A stretch of DNA of 64,000 bases from Verrucomicrobiota bacterium (GTDB taxonomy: Bacteria > Verrucomicrobiota > Verrucomicrobiia > Opitutales > Coraliomargaritaceae), in the NCBI GenBank assembly GCA_039815375.1, contig JBCBZJ010000001.1, forward strand, positions 359,386 through 423,385, in the 5' to 3' direction. The first letter of the stretch is position 1; the number at the start of each line of letters is the position of its first letter. Below the pieces are notes generated by a model that did not search any database, had not been told where the DNA came from, and saw only the letters and a list, made by a program, of their open reading frames with translations. Position numbers and translations under genes: made by a program. Shown here piece by piece: positions 59,012 through 64,000 of this stretch.

Positions 59012-59356
59012 CTAAAGCTTGGAACATGACGGGCATGTCAGTTTTAAAGTCGTTCTGAGATAGTCCCATGCGGCAAGGGGAGAATGAACGACGAGGTCGT
59101 TTTCGACGAGCTTTTGGCGGATCTCGCCTTCGCTCTTGGTAAGGTAAGTGTGAAGTAAGAATGGTGAATGTAGAAGTGGGGAGGCATTTTGATTCGCGCC
59201 GGCGTGCTCACCCTCCGGGCAACCTTGGCGGGTTGTCTTTGTTAATACGTTCCAGTCCAAGGATTCGACGGAGCCGCGGAGCTTGTTGGTGGTGTCCCAG
59301 AGGGTTTCTTCGAAGGATTTCGTAGGTTTCTTGGGAGCGGAGTTCTTTTTCGGCAT
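59012..59356 (-). pseudogene. Collapsed relic of a type I R-M HsdM gene with inserted repeat-like DNA
   Basis: HsdM-like N-terminus KSFEETLWDTTNKLRGSVES and HsdM-like internal GEGEIR-type segment SEGEIRQKLVENDLV, joined by about 120 bp of unrelated sequence; no catalytic motifs. Confidence 0.65.
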
Positions 59357-59526
59357 CTCACGGCAAGCTAGTTAGCGAAAATTCACATGCAAGAATGTTT
59401 GGAGTGCCTGATGATTGGTCGCTTAAATCAATACCTGCTCAGTTTGGTATCGATACGCATGGCTCATTGCATCAATTCCCTGAACTTTCGCTGTTCTTTG
59501 GATTGAGCGTGCGTAAGTTGATTTAG

Positions 59527-60774
59527 ATGGAAATGAATCGTGCTCCGGGGTCCTTGGATCCGAAGCAACGCTACGCCTTGATGGATGGTCTGCGGGGTCT
59601 GGCTTTGTTGGGCATTCTCTTGGTGAATTTGCGAATCATGGGTGCGCCGAGTATGGCTTATGGTGAATTCTCGATCTGGTCGGGGGCCTTCTCGGAAGTT
59701 GCGTTGCTTGTTTCGGCGCTCTTTTTGGATGGGGCGTTTTGGACCTTGTTTGCGATGCTGTTTGGGGCGGGCTTTGCAGTCATGATGGGGGAGGCTCCGC
59801 TTCGCCGGGAGGCGTTTGTTGGGCAAGCGGGTCCGCCTCCCTTGGGGATCGGTTTGTGGGCCTATTACCGGAGGCTCGTTTTGATCGGGCTCTTGGGGCT
59901 GCTGCATGTGCTCCTGCTTTGGTATGGGGATATTTTGATGATCTATGTGCTGGCCGGGCTCGCCTTGCCTTTGTTTTGCAAGCGCCGGATTGGGACCTTG
60001 TTGGTTTGGGCGGTCGTCTTGATTGTGGTTCCGCAGGGGATTTACCTCCTTTTGCTGAGTTCGCTCCAACTGGTTGGGCCGGAGGAGCTGGCCGAGATTT
60101 TGGCTTCGTATGCGAAAGAGACGCGGGGGTGGATGACTTATTTGATCGAAGGCTACCGGAGCTCGGATTTCGGAGTGATTGCATGGACGCGTTTGAATGA
60201 GTTTGGCTATAATTTCTGGTATGCGCTGACGTTGGTGCCAACTGGGTTGGGCGTGATGCTGATTGGAATGGTTCTGGCGAGAAAGGAACGCTTTCGCCTG
60301 GATGTGGTGCAGGGGCGGTTTTTCCGGAAGCTGCTTCTCTTTGCGATCGTTCCGGCGGTGGCAGGAAAGGTGGCCTACGCCTACGGTCTCTGGGCCATTG
60401 ACTTCCTGAATCTGGTGGCCAGTGCAGCCTTTATTGTGGGCTATCTTGTGGGTGGTCTGGCCTCTGCTTTTATCCTGCTCTGTAGTCTGCGGGCCCTCTA
60501 TCTTTGGGGGGCTGCGCGTGGGTTGCGGCAGGGGCTTGAAGCGGCGGGACGCATGGCGCTGACGCTTTACCTGATGCAGTCCTTGATCGGCGGGTTAATC
60601 TTCTATGGCTACGGGCTAGGTCTCTATGCGGCGGTGCCGCCCCAAGGCCTGTTGCTGATTGGTCTGGTGATTTTTGCCGGGCAAGTGGCCTTCGCGCATT
60701 TCTGGTTTATGCGCTACCGTCACGGTCCTTTGGAATATATGCTGCGCCGTTTTACTTATTGGGGTTGGTCTTGA
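59527..60774 (+). CDS. DUF418 (YeiB-like) membrane protein
   Basis: DGLRGLALLGILLVN, LFAMLFGAG, WYGDILMIY, GRMALTLYLMQS, GPLE. Confidence 0.88.
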   Translation: MEMNRAPGSLDPKQRYALMDGLRGLALLGILLVNLRIMGAPSMAYGEFSIWSGAFSEVALLVSALFLDGAFWTLFAMLFGAGFAVMMGEAPLRREAFVGQAGPPPLGIGLWAYYRRLVLIGLLGLLHVLLLWYGDILMIYVLAGLALPLFCKRRIGTLLVWAVVLIVVPQGIYLLLLSSLQLVGPEELAEILASYAKETRGWMTYLIEGYRSSDFGVIAWTRLNEFGYNFWYALTLVPTGLGVMLIGMVLARKERFRLDVVQGRFFRKLLLFAIVPAVAGKVAYAYGLWAIDFLNLVASAAFIVGYLVGGLASAFILLCSLRALYLWGAARGLRQGLEAAGRMALTLYLMQSLIGGLIFYGYGLGLYAAVPPQGLLLIGLVIFAGQVAFAHFWFMRYRHGPLEYMLRRFTYWGWS

Positions 60775-60807
60775 GCGTGTAAAATCGTGCGCTACCTGTT
60801 TCAATAG

Positions 60808-60843
60808 TCGAAATCGAAATCGAAATCGAAATCGAAATCGAAA
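60808..60843. repeat. Tandem hexamer (TCGAAA)6
   Basis: Six perfect copies in the intergenic region. Confidence 0.95.
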
Positions 60844-60934
60844 TTTAAATTAAGATTTCGAGTGAGCAGAGAAGCGATTGAAAAGCCTCGGACGGTGTTT
60901 GCGCTCTGAACGGAGCTGCTTCAGTTTTTGTTTG

Positions 60935-61405
60935 ATGCGATTCTGGAAGAAAGCGGTTCTCTCGATTTTAGCGATTCAGGTGTTGGGCAATGCCAGTGGC
61001 TTGGTGACTTTGATTTCGCTGGACGGGTGGTATGATAATTTAGTGCGGCCTGCCGGGACGCCGCCGGACGGCACCTTTGGCCCGGTTTGGCTGGTGGTTT
61101 ATACGCTGGTCGGTTACGCGCTGGCGCTGCTCTGGGATTCGCCTCTGGATACGCCGTTCAAGCGGCCAGCGCTGCGTTGGTTTGGTATCCAGTTCGGGTT
61201 TAACCTGCTCTGGACGCCGGCTTTCTTCGGGCTGCAGCGCATCGATCTGGCGTTGGTCATCATTGTGCCGATGTTCCTGAGTATTGCGATGACGGTGCGG
61301 CACGCGCTCCCGGTGAATCGCACGGCAGCGTTTCTAATGTTGCCTTATCTGCTATGGGTGGGTTTCGCGACTTACCTGAATGTTGGCTTTCTCCTGCTGA
61401 ACTAG
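60935..61405 (+). CDS. tspO: TspO/MBR tryptophan-rich sensory protein
   Basis: WYDNL.RP..TPP...FGPVW, NLLWTPAFFG, LPYLLWVGFATYLN. Confidence 0.9.
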   Translation: MRFWKKAVLSILAIQVLGNASGLVTLISLDGWYDNLVRPAGTPPDGTFGPVWLVVYTLVGYALALLWDSPLDTPFKRPALRWFGIQFGFNLLWTPAFFGLQRIDLALVIIVPMFLSIAMTVRHALPVNRTAAFLMLPYLLWVGFATYLNVGFLLLN

Positions 61406-61670
61406 GTTAACCGAAACGATGTAAATGCGCGTTCGAGACTATGCTCTTTCATTAATAACTATTTTGATTAGTCATATTTACAATGCATCGCCTTTGGGAC
61501 GAATGGCCAGAGGCATGGCTGGCATCTACTGTAAATATCCGAAAACGTATAAAATGAAGACCTTGATACTTAAAAACGAAAAGACTCCTAAATCACCTGA
61601 AACCCCTGACGAACTAAGGGTCTATGAATAGTTTAGGACTGCATTTTTTGTCCAATTCGTAAGTTTTGAG

Positions 61671-61694
61671 GTGTGACTGATAATACTGTTCAGG
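61671..61694 (+). other. Putative integron attI-like site (core GTTCAGG)
   Basis: tgataatact-GTTCAGG. The core is the exact complement of CCTGAAC opening attC1, and no attC hairpin precedes it. Confidence 0.5.
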
Positions 61695-61893
61695 GAAAAG
61701 AATTTAAGACAACCAGTCAGACGTATTTTTTAACCGCTAATGAACGCTAATTGACGCTAATCCACTACGCGTAGACCGAAAAATAAACGAAAAGAACATA
61801 AGCGTGATTTAGCGAAGATAAGCGGTTCCCAGCTATGCTGGAAAAGTCAGCGTGAGAGACTTGCCCAGAGCTAAACCACCTGCAAAATTGAAT

Positions 61894-61997
<104 letters not shown>

Positions 61998-62037
61998 AAA
62001 AAGTCTAAGAAAAGCGTCCTTTGTGCGTCTCAGATAT

Positions 62038-62430
62038 ATGAAACAGATACTAGCTATTACTACCGTTTTCTTCTCAATGCTCCTTGTTGCCCAGGCTGAG
62101 TATCGAGTAATCGCAATTGAGATATTTAAGAGCGAGAAGAAAGAGGTTGCCGTTAATATTCACTCAGAAGTCGAATCTGAGAACAAACGCAGCATCACGA
62201 TCATTCAAGCGTCTGAAATCATTGAAAAGGCAAGAGGCTGGGGAAGCTCAGTTGGAGTAGCCGTCAAGATAGATCAGGTGAGTCTGTCAGAGTATTTATC
62301 ACTTCTTTCCAAGATTTCAGAGAATGTATGGCTAGACCTTGAAGGCCTGTCTTCCAACACAGGGACTGGCTACTTACACATAATGAAACACTATAAGATC
62401 GAACAAGGCAGTGGTGGCAACGCCGGCTAG
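62038..62430 (+). CDS. Cassette-borne hypothetical exported protein
   Basis: Signal peptide MKQILAITTVFFSMLLVAQA; ORF ends inside attC2. Confidence 0.7.
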   Translation: MKQILAITTVFFSMLLVAQAEYRVIAIEIFKSEKKEVAVNIHSEVESENKRSITIIQASEIIEKARGWGSSVGVAVKIDQVSLSEYLSLLSKISENVWLDLEGLSSNTGTGYLHIMKHYKIEQGSGGNAG

Positions 62431-62461
62431 CGCCGCCGTCGCCAGAGCTTCTACGATATAA
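62398..62461 (+). other. attC site 2 (about 64 bp)
   Basis: R'' ATCGAAC (near-complement of GTTTGAT at 61991); hairpin tggcaacgccggc-tagc-gccgccgtcgcca; atypical R' GATATAA. Confidence 0.75.
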
Positions 62462-62463
62462 AA

Positions 62464-62814
62464 ATGAAATATGCTCTGAACATAATCATAACCTTCGGAA
62501 TTCTTCTGTCTGCTGGCTGCGTCACAACTGACTACCAAGCAGATGAAGCCTACAAAAGCTATTGGAAGGGAGGAAGCATCAAGGTGAGGTCGGAAAAGAT
62601 AAACGAATCGATCTATAAAATTGAAGCCAAGGGTGCCGCTTCCTGCAATGACAGCCAAATTAAAGAAGCTTGGTTAGAATTCGCGAACAGCATTGCGATG
62701 GGTAGAGATTTCCAGGCAGAATACACATTTGGGGACTACAAATACCGAACGTCTGAGCTTGGGTTTCAGTATTCTGCCAGAAAACTTACTGGCGAAATCA
62801 GACTAATGGAGTAG
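62464..62814 (+). CDS. Cassette-borne hypothetical lipoprotein
   Basis: Lipobox LLSAGC; bounded by attC2 and attC3. Confidence 0.75.
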   Translation: MKYALNIIITFGILLSAGCVTTDYQADEAYKSYWKGGSIKVRSEKINESIYKIEAKGAASCNDSQIKEAWLEFANSIAMGRDFQAEYTFGDYKYRTSELGFQYSARKLTGEIRLME

Positions 62815-62876
62815 TTATATTAAGTCGCTACTGGGCAACGCCGCTAACGCGACGCCGCCAGAGCTCATCGTTAGAC
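62815..62876 (+). other. attC site 3 (about 62 bp)
   Basis: Similar in sequence to attC2 (ggcaacgccg...gccagagct); gct(a)ctgg/ccagagc stem; atypical R'' TTATATT; R' GTTAGAC. Confidence 0.75.
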
Positions 62877-62886
62877 AAAAGAATTT

Positions 62887-63543
62887 ATGAGAATATCATA
62901 CCCAATCCTCGCACTCGTTGCAGCGATAGTCACACCACTCGGTGCTGTCGACATGCAACAGTTAGTCCAAGACACTCAGCGTTTCTCTCAAGAAGCGAGA
63001 GTTACGAAAATGGTGTGGTGGATTCCCTCTGAGTTCTGGGAAGTCACCCTTGAGCAAGACCCGAGCTTAACAGAGCAACAGAAAAAAGAATTTGTCGCTG
63101 CCCTTGATGATTATACGGCCTTCGTAGTGACCCACTCCACCATTGGCACCTTTGGAGGAATGACAAATACGGGAAGAAAAGAAATTGAAGAGAACATTGC
63201 ATTGGTCGTAGAGGGAAATCAGATGCTTCCCCTTACAGACGATGAAATGTCTCCAGATGCTTCAGCATTCTATGCTATGATGAAACCCATGATGGCACAG
63301 ATGCTGGGACAGTTTGGGCAAGGCATGGAATTCTTCATCTATTCGAATAAAAGCAAAGGGAAGCTCATCATAGATCCAAAAAAAGAAGGAACTTTCTATT
63401 TCAAGTGCTTCGGTGACAAATACGACTGGAGATTGCCACTGGGCAGCCTGCTCCCACCAAAGCTTGATTCAGACACAGGCGAGACATTCCCTGGAAACTA
63501 TATGTTCAATCCATTCACAGGATCCGAACTCACAGTAAAATGA
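62887..63543 (+). CDS. Cassette-borne hypothetical exported protein
   Basis: Signal peptide; flanked by GTTAGAC (62870) and its perfect complement GTCTAAC (63546). Confidence 0.78.
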   Translation: MRISYPILALVAAIVTPLGAVDMQQLVQDTQRFSQEARVTKMVWWIPSEFWEVTLEQDPSLTEQQKKEFVAALDDYTAFVVTHSTIGTFGGMTNTGRKEIEENIALVVEGNQMLPLTDDEMSPDASAFYAMMKPMMAQMLGQFGQGMEFFIYSNKSKGKLIIDPKKEGTFYFKCFGDKYDWRLPLGSLLPPKLDSDTGETFPGNYMFNPFTGSELTVK

Positions 63544-63545
63544 AA

Positions 63546-63559
63546 GTCTAACCAGTAGG
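63546..63559 (+). other. Left stub of attC site 4, interrupted by an IS
   Basis: GTCTAAC-cagtagg parallels the attC1 start CCTGAAC-cagtcgg, then the attC pattern stops abruptly. Confidence 0.65.
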
Positions 63560-64000
63560 AATGTGAAGGCATAGCGAGCGAGTATCGCCCGGAGGGCGAA
63601 GAACTCGCAAGCTAGACGCCTTATGAACACAAAGAACACAGACACTATTGGAATCGACTTGGGTGATCCATCACACGAAGCCTGCACTCTCAGCAAAGCG
63701 GGCGAAGTTACTGCCACCATCACACTGCTGAACTACCGCTCCGAACTCGAAGCTTTCAGCGCACAGAACAAGGGAGCCAAGCTCATCCTTGAAGCGGGAA
63801 CACACAGCCCCTGGATCAGCAGGCTCTTCGAAGAACTTGGCCACAAGGTCATTGTCGCCAATCCGCGCAAGCTCGGCGCGATCTACAAGAGCGACAACAA
63901 GACCGACGAGCGCGATGCAGAGATGCTCGCACGCATCGGACGCTTTGACCCCAAACTCTTGCACGCGATCCAACACTCCAGCCTCAAGCACGAGAGAGAC
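63560..64000 (+). mobile_element. IS110-family (IS1111-like) insertion sequence, left part; transposase CDS from ATG 63623 runs off the window
   Basis: Manual translation MNTKNTDTIGIDLGD...LILEAGTHSPWISR...VANPRKL...KTDERDAEMLAR gives the DEDD RuvC-like IS110 motifs. Left boundary is approximate. Confidence 0.88.

Noticed and set aside
59464..60241. Minus-strand ORFs over the DUF418 gene
   Set aside because: Low-complexity antisense translations of a hydrophobic membrane-protein gene.
61425..61631. 68-aa ORF, or a possible integrase remnant, upstream of the array
   Set aside because: AT-rich with no tyrosine-recombinase motifs that I could see; more likely promoter or leader DNA.
63671..63991. 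106-aa minus-strand ORF at the right edge
   Set aside because: Antisense shadow of the IS110 transposase on the plus strand.

Overview
Bacterial chromosomal segment, most likely Verrucomicrobiota (Opitutia/Coraliomargarita-like; inferred from the RpoB/RpoC/EF-Tu sequences, co-occurring RNase HII and HIII, and PVC-type DUF1552/DUF1592 genes). 1-18.2 kb: housekeeping and metabolic genes (GspE/PilB ATPase, SET protein, S9 peptidase, mutY, rnhC, pilT, fucP-like permease, uxaA, DUF1552/DUF1592 pair, beta-propeller protein, rnhB). 18.3-31.2 kb: the core cluster tRNA-Thr-tuf-tRNA-Trp-secE-nusG-rplKAJL-rpoBC. 31.2-47.1 kb: mixed genes (tandem FKBP, DUF748, DoxX/YHS, M50 protease, ABC transporter, an unknown 3-gene operon, a lipase, and a DEAD-box helicase with a structured leader and an apparently frameshifted tail). 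47.2-59.4 kb: a co-oriented minus-strand defence island (HsdM relic, type III Mod/Res, PUA-like+PD-(D/E)XK nuclease, HhH-glycosylase-like protein, EVE-like+HNH nuclease, and two coupled SF1 helicases). 61.7-64 kb: an integron-type gene-cassette array (attI-like site, one ORF-less cassette, three cassettes for exported proteins, attC sites with complementary cores), with no integrase beside it. Its fourth attC is interrupted by an IS110/IS1111-family element that runs off the window. All calls are from reading motifs by eye; no searches were run.
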